Notes: generated from the sequence alone by a model not told the origin. Shown: positions 17,478 through 25,055, counted from the first letter of the stretch. The stretch: DNA of 32,000 nucleotides from Ktedonobacterales bacterium (GCA_030167145.1 CP126532.1:4440001-4472000); one strand, 5' to 3'. Numbers and translations are program-made.

Positions 17478-18092
17478 ATGGAATCCCCGATGGATGCACG
17501 TGGTATGGGTGCGGATAGCGCAAATGCGCAGACTATGCAGAATCGTCAGGCGGTCGCGGAGATTGCCCGGTTCTGGTGGCTCTGGCTCGCATTTGGTATC
17601 TTGTGGATCTTGGCCTCGGTCGTCGTCCTACAGTTTCACACGGCCTCGCTTACCATCGTAGGCGTCGTCATCGGCATTGTCTTCATTCTCGCGGGCATCC
17701 AGGAATTCTTCACGGCCTATGTCTCTGCGGGGTGGAAGTGGCTGTGGGCCGCCATCGGCGTGCTTTTCGTGCTCGCGGGCCTCTACTCCCTCTTCAATCC
17801 AGTAGGCACCTTCCTCGCTCTTGCCGACACCCTCGGCTTCCTGTTCGTGCTGGTCGGGGTCTTCTGGATGGTGGAGGCGTTCGCGACGCTCGCCGTCAAC
17901 CCTCTCTGGTGGCTGGGGCTGATCGCTGGAATGATGATGGTCGTCCTCGGCTTCTGGGCCAGCGGCCAATTCCTCGCCACCAGGGCCTACACACTGCTCG
18001 TCTTCGCCGGAATCTGGATGCTGCTCCACGGCATCACCGACATCATCAAGGCCTTCCAGATCAGAAAAGTCGGCGCGATGGTCGCCAGTTGA
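17478..18092 (+). CDS. HdeD-family / DUF308 membrane protein
   Basis: ORF 17295-18092. I prefer the ATG at 17478, preceded by GGAGGG. There are six hydrophobic segments with the repeated DUF308 pattern: FWWLWLAFGILWILASV, GWKWLWAAIGVLFVLAGLYSLFNP, and LLVFAGIWMLLHGITDI. Confidence 0.75.
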   Translation: MESPMDARGMGADSANAQTMQNRQAVAEIARFWWLWLAFGILWILASVVVLQFHTASLTIVGVVIGIVFILAGIQEFFTAYVSAGWKWLWAAIGVLFVLAGLYSLFNPVGTFLALADTLGFLFVLVGVFWMVEAFATLAVNPLWWLGLIAGMMMVVLGFWASGQFLATRAYTLLVFAGIWMLLHGITDIIKAFQIRKVGAMVAS

Positions 18093-18126
18093 TCGCCAGT
18101 TGGCGCAGCGCACCCAGTCTGGTTTG

Positions 18127-18164
18127 GCATGCGATGGTATACCCGCGCGTACACCATCGCATGC
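18127..18164 (+). terminator. strong hairpin downstream of the DUF308 gene (probable terminator, weak U-tract)
   Basis: Perfect 12-bp stem, GCATGCGATGGT (18127-18138) pairing with ACCATCGCATGC (18153-18164), followed by GCTTTGG. Confidence 0.5.
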
Positions 18165-18262
18165 GCTTTGGACCATCTTCCCGCTCCGTGCGGTCATGAC
18201 AAATGCCCTATTCCACCTGGGCTGGCCCGTATTTCCGCGTAGCGCGCGCAGCACTCTCAAGC

Positions 18263-18291
18263 TTGACACCACGCCGTTCCGCGCGTATTGT
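18263..18291 (+). promoter_or_regulatory. candidate sigma70-type promoter for ilvE
   Basis: TTGACA at 18263-18268, a 17-nt spacer, then TATTGT at 18286-18291. Confidence 0.5.
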
Positions 18292-18398
18292 GGTGTCGTA
18301 GGGTGGCTCTGTTTTTGGCCGCATGCCTGGCGACAAACATGTCGTTCAGGAGCTTGAGTGCGCGTTCGCGGCAATGGCGCCGCAGGAGGCATGGAATA

Positions 18399-19466
18399 GT
18401 GTCCAGCGCTGCCCCGCTTTCACAGCGGTCAGACATGGTGGTGTTCCTCAATGGCGAGTACCTGCCCGCCGATCAGGCGCGTGTAGGCGTGTTGACACAT
18501 GCGCTGTCATACGGCACCGGTGTGTTCGAGGGGATCCGAGGCTATTGGAATGCGGAGACCGAAGAGAATTACCTCTTCCGCCTGCGCGAACACTTCGAGC
18601 GGATGCATAAATCCGCCCGCATCTTGCAGATCAAGATTCCCCATACAGTTGACGAGTTGATCGAAATCGCCGTCGAGCTTGTCCGCCGCAATGGCCTCCG
18701 CGAGAACTGCTACGTCAAGCCGCTCGCCTACAAGGCCGACGAGACGATAGGCGTCAAGCTCCACGACCTGGCCGATCACTTCTACATGTTAGCCGTTCCC
18801 ATGGGCGATTACGTCTCCACCACCGGCCTGCGCTGTGGCGTGTCGTCGTGGCGTCGTGTAGACGACAACATGATTCCCGCCCGCGCCAAGGTCTCCGGCG
18901 CATACGTGAATTCGGCCTTCGCCAAGACCGAAGCGCAGCAGAGCGGCTTCGACGAGGCGATCATGCTCACCTCCGAAGGCCACGTCAGCGAGGGCAGCGC
19001 CGAAAACATCTTCCTGCTCATCAACAACGAACTGGTCACGCCGCCGCCTTCCGAAAACATCTTGCTTGGCGTCACCCGCGACACCGTCATGCAGATTGCC
19101 CGCCGCGAGATGGATCGCATCACTCGCGAGCGTGTCGTTGACCGGACCGAGTTGTACATTGCCGACGAGATTTTCTTGACCGGCACCGGCGCACAAATAG
19201 CGCCTGTCATCGAAGTAGACCATCGCCCCGTGGGCGCTGGCAAGATTGGTCCGCTTGGTGGCGAGATGCAGCGCCTCTACGGCGAGATCGTGCGCGGCAA
19301 GAAGCCCGAATATATGGAATGGCTCACGCCCGTCTACGGCTCAGCGCCCAAGCGCGTGCCCATGCCAGTTCAAGCCGACGTAGCCCACAACGGCCATAAC
19401 GGTCACAACGGCGTCAGCGTCCAGAAGCCCGCGAAGGTGAAGGCCGCGCGGCCAGCGGCGCAATAG
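18399..19466 (+). CDS. ilvE: branched-chain amino acid aminotransferase (PLP fold type IV)
   Basis: ORF 18288-19466. The likely start is GTG 18399, 9 nt after AGGAGG (18384-18389). The alternative is ATG 18435 (MVVFLNGEYLP...). Family pattern present: HALSYGTGVFEGIRGYW, KVSGAYVNS, EGSAENIFLL and GVTRD. There is an unusual C-terminal tail with an NGHNGHNG repeat. Confidence 0.9.
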   Translation: MSSAAPLSQRSDMVVFLNGEYLPADQARVGVLTHALSYGTGVFEGIRGYWNAETEENYLFRLREHFERMHKSARILQIKIPHTVDELIEIAVELVRRNGLRENCYVKPLAYKADETIGVKLHDLADHFYMLAVPMGDYVSTTGLRCGVSSWRRVDDNMIPARAKVSGAYVNSAFAKTEAQQSGFDEAIMLTSEGHVSEGSAENIFLLINNELVTPPPSENILLGVTRDTVMQIARREMDRITRERVVDRTELYIADEIFLTGTGAQIAPVIEVDHRPVGAGKIGPLGGEMQRLYGEIVRGKKPEYMEWLTPVYGSAPKRVPMPVQADVAHNGHNGHNGVSVQKPAKVKAARPAAQ

Positions 19467-19486
19467 CGAACCCTGCCCACCTGCAC

Positions 19487-19533
19487 GAATCCCCGCCCTC
19501 GATGGAGATTGAGAGCGGGGATTCACTTCTTCC
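19487..19533 (+). terminator. rho-independent terminator after ilvE
   Basis: Perfect 10-bp stem, GAATCCCCGC (19487-19496) pairing with GCGGGGATTC (19515-19524), followed by the T-rich ACTTCTTCC. Confidence 0.6.
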
Positions 19534-19596
19534 GCAGCCACTGGCCCTTCGTAGAGGCGCACAGCGTGCGCCCGTCCCGTCATTTCAACCGCCTGC

Positions 19597-21435
19597 TCAC
19601 CCAGCGTTATAGACCGCGAGATTCGCAAATACCGCTTCCGCCCCGCCATCGAGCACCATCACCCCCACATTTCCAGCGGTCGCGCCATTGTTCGGCAGCG
19701 TCAACTTCTCCACGAAATGCCCATTGGCAAAGAGCAGCGCCTCGCCGCTTGACCCCAGCGCCAGCACCGCCAGCGTATTCGGCTGCCCTTGCCCCAGGTT
19801 CAGCGCATTCGAGTAGCCGCCGGTCAGATAATCCCAATTGTTGCCGAAGTGATGCCACACCTCGTAGCGCCCCTCCGCCGTAATCACATAGCAATAGTAT
19901 TCAGCATCCGGCCCATTGTCAGAATTGATGAAAAAGCGCATGCCCGCCGAATCGCCAGGCTGGCTGTGGACGAACGACATCGTCACGGACGTGACGAGAT
20001 CGGGGTATTGCGTGATTGCGCTCGCCGGGGCATCGGTTCCCGCCACATTCTCCGCCGAAGGATTGAAGACATGCAGACCGCCAGCGCCAAAGAAAGCTGT
20101 CTTGCCGTCGGTCGCCCAGTGCTGCGCATTCGAGGTTAACGCATCCTTGAACACAGGCTTGCCAGCCGTCAACCGGCTGAGCGTCGCCTCGGCATCCTTG
20201 GCGCTGCTGATCTCTGTTGGCGTGGATTGGGGAACCGTCGGCTGCGCGCTCCCACTGCGCGAGATATGCGGCAGCACGCCCACCCCTTGCACTGCCCGGA
20301 AGGCGAAACCGCAGGTTATCAGCGCCACCAGCAGCACCACCGCCGAAGCAATCGCCAACGGTCTCCGCAGCCGTGATGGCGCATCCTCGGATGGCACATC
20401 TGGCGCGGGACGCGCGCCGCTCGCGTTCGGGCTGCCATTTACAGCAGGCCGCAGCGTCAGCCGCACCCCCTGCGCATTCACCGTCCGCCCCCCCGCAAGT
20501 TCATCGCGCGAGAGGCTAGCGAATTGCTGCGTCACACCCGATCCAGCGGGCAGCGCCAGCGCCTCATCCAACGCCTGCACAAATGCCGCCACCGTCGGAT
20601 AGCGTTGCGCCGGGTCTTTCGCCAGCGCGCGCAGCAGCACCGCATCCAGTTCCGGCGCCAGTTCGGGATTGCGCTCCGACGGCGCGCGCACCGGCTGCGC
20701 CGCGATATTCTCCAGCAGCGACGGCCCGCCAACAATCGGCGTCTCGCCCGTCAGCAGCAGATACGCAATGGCCGCCAGTCCATACTGATCTGTGGCCGGT
20801 GTAGTTTCGCCGTGCATCTGCTCTGGCGCGGCGAAGCGCAACTGCTCCTCCGCCCAGCGGTTCTGGCCCATCTGCGACCCAGCGCCACGCCCCACCAGCG
20901 ATGCCGCTGCGGGTGTCAGCAGCGCCTGCCCAAAGTCACCCAATGTCGCCAGTGGCTGGCCGGACGGCGAAGTGCGGACGAATATATTGTTGGGCTTCAG
21001 ATCACCATGCGCGATGCCCACCGCGTGCGCCGCCGCCAGCGCCCGGCCAAGCTGCGTCACCAACCGCGCCACCACGCCCGCGCTTAGTGGCAGCGTCAGC
21101 GGCTTCGCGTGCCCCTGCGCGCCCGCGAGCGTATCGCCAAGCGAGCCGCCTGGCGCATACGCCATCGCCAGCGCCAGCAGCCCATCTTGTTCGTAGACAC
21201 CGTAAAAAGGAGTGATATGCGGCGAGTGCGTTTGGCCTGCGGCCTGTGCCTGCCGGGCGATTTCGCGAGCGGTGGGATCGCTGGTGCTGCCGCCCAGCAC
21301 CTTCACGGCTGCCTGCCCGGTGCTGCTCGCGCTGTCCTGCGGCCCCTGCGCCAGATACACCTCACCCGTGCCGCCCTGGCCCAGGCTGCGTATCAAGCGA
21401 TATGGTCCGATTGAGGCGCCTTCCCATTGTGCCAC
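19597..21435 (-). CDS. transmembrane Ser/Thr protein kinase with an extracytoplasmic jelly-roll (DUF1080/LamG-like) domain
   Basis: 612 aa with a GTG start at 21435, preceded by GGGAGGGA. Hanks kinase motifs are present: GQGGTGEVY, AVKVL, HGDLKPNNIF, DFG and APE. There is a single TM segment (LAIASAVVLLVALITCGFAF). The C-terminal ~230 aa resemble a concanavalin-like lectin/glucanase fold (FANGHFVEKL...GNVGVMVLDGGAEAVFANLAVY). Confidence 0.88.
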   Translation of the reverse strand: MAQWEGASIGPYRLIRSLGQGGTGEVYLAQGPQDSASSTGQAAVKVLGGSTSDPTAREIARQAQAAGQTHSPHITPFYGVYEQDGLLALAMAYAPGGSLGDTLAGAQGHAKPLTLPLSAGVVARLVTQLGRALAAAHAVGIAHGDLKPNNIFVRTSPSGQPLATLGDFGQALLTPAAASLVGRGAGSQMGQNRWAEEQLRFAAPEQMHGETTPATDQYGLAAIAYLLLTGETPIVGGPSLLENIAAQPVRAPSERNPELAPELDAVLLRALAKDPAQRYPTVAAFVQALDEALALPAGSGVTQQFASLSRDELAGGRTVNAQGVRLTLRPAVNGSPNASGARPAPDVPSEDAPSRLRRPLAIASAVVLLVALITCGFAFRAVQGVGVLPHISRSGSAQPTVPQSTPTEISSAKDAEATLSRLTAGKPVFKDALTSNAQHWATDGKTAFFGAGGLHVFNPSAENVAGTDAPASAITQYPDLVTSVTMSFVHSQPGDSAGMRFFINSDNGPDAEYYCYVITAEGRYEVWHHFGNNWDYLTGGYSNALNLGQGQPNTLAVLALGSSGEALLFANGHFVEKLTLPNNGATAGNVGVMVLDGGAEAVFANLAVYNAG

Positions 21436-21553
21436 ATGTCCCTCCCGCTACTCCGCATCGCGCCACCGGTCCAGCATGCCCCATTGCATCTCCGCCCCGG
21501 CTACCATCTCTCCGTCCGTGACCCGTAGGCAACATCATTCAGCGCGTATGTCG

Positions 21554-21583
21554 AGTATAGAAACGGCCCTCCTGACCTGTCAA
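21554..21583 (-). promoter_or_regulatory. candidate sigma70-type promoter for the kinase gene
   Basis: The minus strand reads TTGACA (21583-21578), an 18-nt spacer, then TATACT (21559-21554). This is about 120 nt upstream of the GTG start. Confidence 0.5.
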
Positions 21584-21672
21584 GAAAACAGGGCTTCTGG
21601 GGGTCCGCCCGCACAGCAAATGCCATCCGTATCCATAGGCGCGCACGGCATGCGCCCGCCACCTGCGCCTCG

Positions 21673-22968
21673 CTACTCCACCAGCACCCGCAGCGCCCCC
21701 TGCCGCGAGAACGCGCCAACCGCGCGCCGCTGCGCCGTGATGACCACCGCCACATCCTCATGCGGCTCACCCAGCAGCGATTTCAGAGCTTCGAGCACCA
21801 GCGTATCTTCCGCGACCATGATCGTTGGTGGCCGCGCAAGCGTCTCAGCGGTCACGTGCTCCGGCTGATTGTGCAGCGCGGCCACCACCTGCGCCGGCGC
21901 ATGCGAGACAAACCGCCTCCACACGCCCGAAAGCCCTCCGTCGGTGCGCGGCGTGATCGGCGCGAGCAGCGCGCGATCATCTATGACTCCGCGCAGCGCA
22001 CCATCTGCCCCCACCACCAGCGCCAGCCGCAGCGGCGAGCGATCCAGCGCGGCCACCACCTCGCGCAGCGGCGTCTCACCCGGCAGCAGCGGCAACTCGC
22101 GCTCAGCCAGCGCGCCCGCCGTCAGTCGTTCCCCAGCCCCCGGCAACACGCACAGCCGCAACGTCGCCTCCGCTGGCTGGCTAGCGGGCGTCCGGCCAGA
22201 TGGCGCGACGATGGCCGCCAGAATATCACGTTCGGCCAGCATCCCCACCAGCCGTCCCTGCGCATCCACCACCGGCGCGCGGGTCACTCCCCGTTCCGCC
22301 AGCAAGCGCGCCGCCGCGCCCAGTTCCATGCCGCTTGGCATGGTCACTGGCTCCGCCAGCATACGCTCGCCAACTGTGCGCCCCGCCGCCAGCCTACCCA
22401 GATATGCGCGTATATCCGCTGGCGTCCGCAGGGCCGCCACCCGTGCTCCGCCCACTTGCCATTCCGCATCGCCACCCGCCAACACATGATCGAGTGTCAG
22501 CACCCCCACCACCACATCGCCCACCGCGACCACCGGTAACAGCCGCGTGTCGCCTTCCAGCAGCCGCGCCAGCCCCTCGCTTAATGGCGTCTCTGGCTGC
22601 ACGGCGATCCCAGGTGGACGCATCTCGTCGCGCACCAGCAGATGCGTCGCCGGAAAGTAGAGTCGTGTATCTGCGACGGTCAGCACGCCCGACGTCACCA
22701 GTGCGGCGATCTGCGGCAGCAGCGGCTCGATGCGGTCCGCGCGATCCACGATCTCGATAATCAGCGGTAGGTCGTCGCCAAGGTCCACATGCCCCGATGT
22801 ACGCATCCCACCGTGCGGCGTGAACCCTTCGAGCGCGCGTGTCACCGTCATACCCGCCAGCCCATGGCGGCGCACCAGCGCGAACAGCGCATCTTGCGTG
22901 GACTTGCTTCCAGCGCGGGCGCGCTCATGGGTCAACACACGAACCGTCAGACCAGGGAGCCAGGGCAT
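21673..22968 (-). CDS. DUF190 (PII-like, UPF0166) domain fused to four CBS domains (two Bateman modules)
   Basis: ORF 21673-23004. I prefer the ATG at 22968, 6 nt after AGGAGG. The N-terminal ~110 aa match the DUF190 pattern (LTVRVL...GLAGMTVTRALEGFTPHGGMRT...DLPLIIEIVD...IEPLLPQI). Four CBS-like units follow, each ending in a motif such as VGVLTLDHVL, VGMLAERDIL, RGVIDDRALL or VGAFSRQGAL. It starts 81 nt downstream of the antiporter gene on the same strand. Confidence 0.8.
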   Translation of the reverse strand: MPWLPGLTVRVLTHERARAGSKSTQDALFALVRRHGLAGMTVTRALEGFTPHGGMRTSGHVDLGDDLPLIIEIVDRADRIEPLLPQIAALVTSGVLTVADTRLYFPATHLLVRDEMRPPGIAVQPETPLSEGLARLLEGDTRLLPVVAVGDVVVGVLTLDHVLAGGDAEWQVGGARVAALRTPADIRAYLGRLAAGRTVGERMLAEPVTMPSGMELGAAARLLAERGVTRAPVVDAQGRLVGMLAERDILAAIVAPSGRTPASQPAEATLRLCVLPGAGERLTAGALAERELPLLPGETPLREVVAALDRSPLRLALVVGADGALRGVIDDRALLAPITPRTDGGLSGVWRRFVSHAPAQVVAALHNQPEHVTAETLARPPTIMVAEDTLVLEALKSLLGEPHEDVAVVITAQRRAVGAFSRQGALRVLVE

Positions 22969-23049
22969 ATGGCGCCTCCTGTCCACCAGTGGCACAGTGT
23001 TCACTCCGTATCATACGCCACCGGCGACATACGCGCATGCCGCCTCCCA

Positions 23050-24285
23050 TTACTCGTCGAGGATGCCCGCGACCTCGGCAACCTCTTCCGGTGTCTCTGT
23101 CGGAGTCTCAACTTCGCCCGCCACCGGCCCGGCCTCGCCCAGTTCCACGCGCGGACGGAAGAACGATTGCGCAAAGAGCGTTGGCACTACGGCGCTGAGG
23201 ATCACGACCGTCACCAGCACAGTATATTGCGTCTGATTGATGTAGCCATGCGCCAGGCCGAATAGCGCCGAAATCGAGCCGAAGGTGAGGCCCGTCGCCA
23301 TCAGCAGCGTCGTATAGTTGCCCACGCGCGGTCCCAGGCCAAAGGGGCGCGTCAGCGGACGGATGCCGATGATCTTAGTCAGCATCTTCGTGAAGAAGAA
23401 CACCGCCACCAGTCCTGCGCCCGTCGCCGTCAGCAGCGCCGGCAGCGAGACTAGCGAACCGGCTTTGAGGAAGTAGAACGGCGTCAGCAGCGCGAACGCC
23501 GTCGAGCGCATCCGGTCCATCAGCACGCGGTTATGCATGAACGTCCCCGCGATCACTAGCCCGATGAGGTACGCGGGCAACACCGCCTCGCTGCGGGCAA
23601 TGGTCGCAAGTCCCCCCAACCCAAAGAGCACCAGGAACAGAAACTTTACCTCCGGCTCGCTCACTCGCCCACCCCAGCGGCGAATCACGAAGCGCGCCGT
23701 CCACGGCAAGATTGCCAGCACCATCCCCGTCACGCCGACAAAAAGCGCCAGCCAGATGTCGTAGTTCGCAAAGAGCACCCCCAGCGCCAGCACCGTGCCC
23801 AGGTCGTTGACAAAGCACGCGGCGAGGATCAGTTTGCCGATTTCGGTGCGGTTCAACCCCGTCTCCACCATCACCGCATACACCACCGCCACCGAAGTCG
23901 TGGAGAGCGCGATTCCCGCGATCTGCGCCGCGTGCAGATTCCAGTGAACGCCCCAATAGGCCACCGCGAACGCACCCAAGAATGGCGCGAAGAAGCCGAC
24001 CGTGCCGATGACCATGCTGGCTCTGAAATGCTTGCGGAACGAGGCGGGATCAATCTCCGCGCCCGCCAGGAAGGTCAGCAGTACACTGCCGAAACCTGCC
24101 AGGAAATTGATCCAGTCATTGGTCTGGATATGCAGGAAGTTGCCCGCCACCACCCCGATGAGAATCTCCGTCAGCGCCACCGAAATACCCGTGCGAATCG
24201 AGATCAGGCTCGCCGCCAGCGCCAGGCCAATCCACAGCGCGGCGATGAGATACATGTTGTCGAACTGCACCGCTGGCAATGTCAT
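23050..24285 (-). CDS. cation:proton antiporter (Na_H_Exchanger / CPA superfamily), membrane domain only
   Basis: 411 aa with RBS GGGAGG. It has about 11-12 hydrophobic segments. Family motifs present: FLAGAEID, ALSTTSVAVV and ACFVNDLGTVLAL (Asn160-Asp161, nt 23803-23808). There is no fused RCK/KTN domain and only a short acidic tail. Confidence 0.9.
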   Translation of the reverse strand: MTLPAVQFDNMYLIAALWIGLALAASLISIRTGISVALTEILIGVVAGNFLHIQTNDWINFLAGFGSVLLTFLAGAEIDPASFRKHFRASMVIGTVGFFAPFLGAFAVAYWGVHWNLHAAQIAGIALSTTSVAVVYAVMVETGLNRTEIGKLILAACFVNDLGTVLALGVLFANYDIWLALFVGVTGMVLAILPWTARFVIRRWGGRVSEPEVKFLFLVLFGLGGLATIARSEAVLPAYLIGLVIAGTFMHNRVLMDRMRSTAFALLTPFYFLKAGSLVSLPALLTATGAGLVAVFFFTKMLTKIIGIRPLTRPFGLGPRVGNYTTLLMATGLTFGSISALFGLAHGYINQTQYTVLVTVVILSAVVPTLFAQSFFRPRVELGEAGPVAGEVETPTETPEEVAEVAGILDE

Positions 24286-24464
24286 CTCTCAAGCCTCCCG
24301 GCCACGCCATCATGCCAGATCCACGCGGCCGCGCGAGTGGATGCCGTGTGGCCGTCGGTGGAGCGCCGGAAATTGCCCAGTGCAAAGTTGGGGAATGCCC
24401 GCACACGAGTAGAGGGGTATGCGCGTATGCTTGACCGCGCCTATGTCGCGGCAATGCTGGCCAC

Positions 24465-24544
24465 AAAAAAACGCCTCTACCGGCGGGCGTTCCCTGCTCT
24501 CACCAAGCGAGAGGCAAGACGCGCCGCGCAACAGCCGGTAGAAG
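24465..24544 (-). terminator. intrinsic terminator forming the expression platform of the fluoride riboswitch
   Basis: The minus-strand RNA reads CUUCUACCGGC...(long interrupted helix with apical CUCUC-GCUUGGU-GAGAG)...GCCGGUAGAGG-CG-UUUUUUU. The 11-nt 5' arm (24544-24534) overlaps the 3' end and pseudoknot strand of the aptamer. The U7 tract is at 24471-24465. Confidence 0.75.
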
Positions 24545-24586
24545 CTATCAGCCCCGTCAGAGGCATTACGCGAGCTTCATCGCGAG
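24538..24586 (-). promoter_or_regulatory. fluoride riboswitch aptamer (crcB RNA motif)
   Basis: The minus-strand RNA is 5'-CUCGCGAUGAAGCUCGCGUAAUGCCUCUGACGGGGCUGAUAGCUUCUAC-3'. P1 is CGCG/CGCG closing the loop AUGAAGCU. P3 is GCCUC-UGAC-GGGGC. The 3' tail is UGAU-AGCUUC-UAC. Loop GAAGCU is fully complementary to tail AGCUUC, giving the pseudoknot. The architecture and conserved letters (GAUG, UGAU, CUAC) match the T. petrophila and P. syringae fluoride aptamers as I recall them, with compensatory changes in the pseudoknot. Confidence 0.82.
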
Positions 24587-24609
24587 CGTGGCTCTAGTGT
24601 TCCTTACAC

Positions 24610-24638
24610 ACTATACGAGCCGTCAGCACCCACGTCAA
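24610..24638 (-). promoter_or_regulatory. sigma70-type promoter driving the riboswitch-antiporter operon
   Basis: The minus strand reads TTGACG (24638-24633), a 17-nt spacer, then TATAGT (24615-24610). The predicted TSS is about 15-20 nt upstream of the aptamer. Confidence 0.6.
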
Positions 24639-25055
24639 TAGTCTCACGCGCCTCTGTTGATATCCAACTAGTATCCGACCGTCCCCGCCTGTCTCCTGCT
24701 GAGGCGGACATTCCTGTACTCCCCTTCCCTCGCGGGGAATGGGTTGGGGGTTAGGTCTCTCGCTCACACACGCCGTATGAAGCTTGCCAACAAATGATGT
24801 TCCTCGACCTGGTTGTCCCCGACTAGTCGGCAGCAACGGCGCTGCTCCCTTACGTTGGGCTAGCACCTGATTAGGTTGTTAAACAACACCATGGCCGCGA
24901 GAACGCGCCCGCGTGATACAATACACTGCCGATTGCCCGCCATCGTCGGTACGCCGCCAGTCACCAGCGCCCACAATCAATTGTCTCGCCAAAGCATCTC
25001 AGGGTAGAGCACCAGCTTAGAAACAGCAGCGCCAGAAAGTTCGAGAATATCAGGC

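Noticed and set aside
24286-24464. Possible second regulatory RNA or uORF in the ~180-nt leader between the riboswitch terminator and the antiporter start (contains ATCCAC-N12-GTGGAT and an AUGAUG)
   Set aside because: The hairpin is short. The AUGAUG-initiated frame is simply out of frame with the antiporter and runs into it (track ORF 24116-24466), without its own RBS. There is no recognisable motif.
24594-24866. 90-aa minus-strand ORF in the antiporter-der intergenic region
   Set aside because: It overlaps the promoter and riboswitch region. Its 'peptide' (..ERPNPQPIPREGRGV..) is the typical mistranslation of a REP-like hairpin. There is no RBS and no coding-type codon bias.
24985-25055. 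tRNA-like sequence (..TCTCAGGGTAGAGCACCAGCTTAGAAA..GTTCGAG..) directly upstream of der
   Set aside because: D-arm-like and T-loop-like strings are present. However, no acceptor stem, anticodon stem or T stem can be paired, so it is not a functional tRNA. At best it is a decayed remnant, and it may be coincidence.
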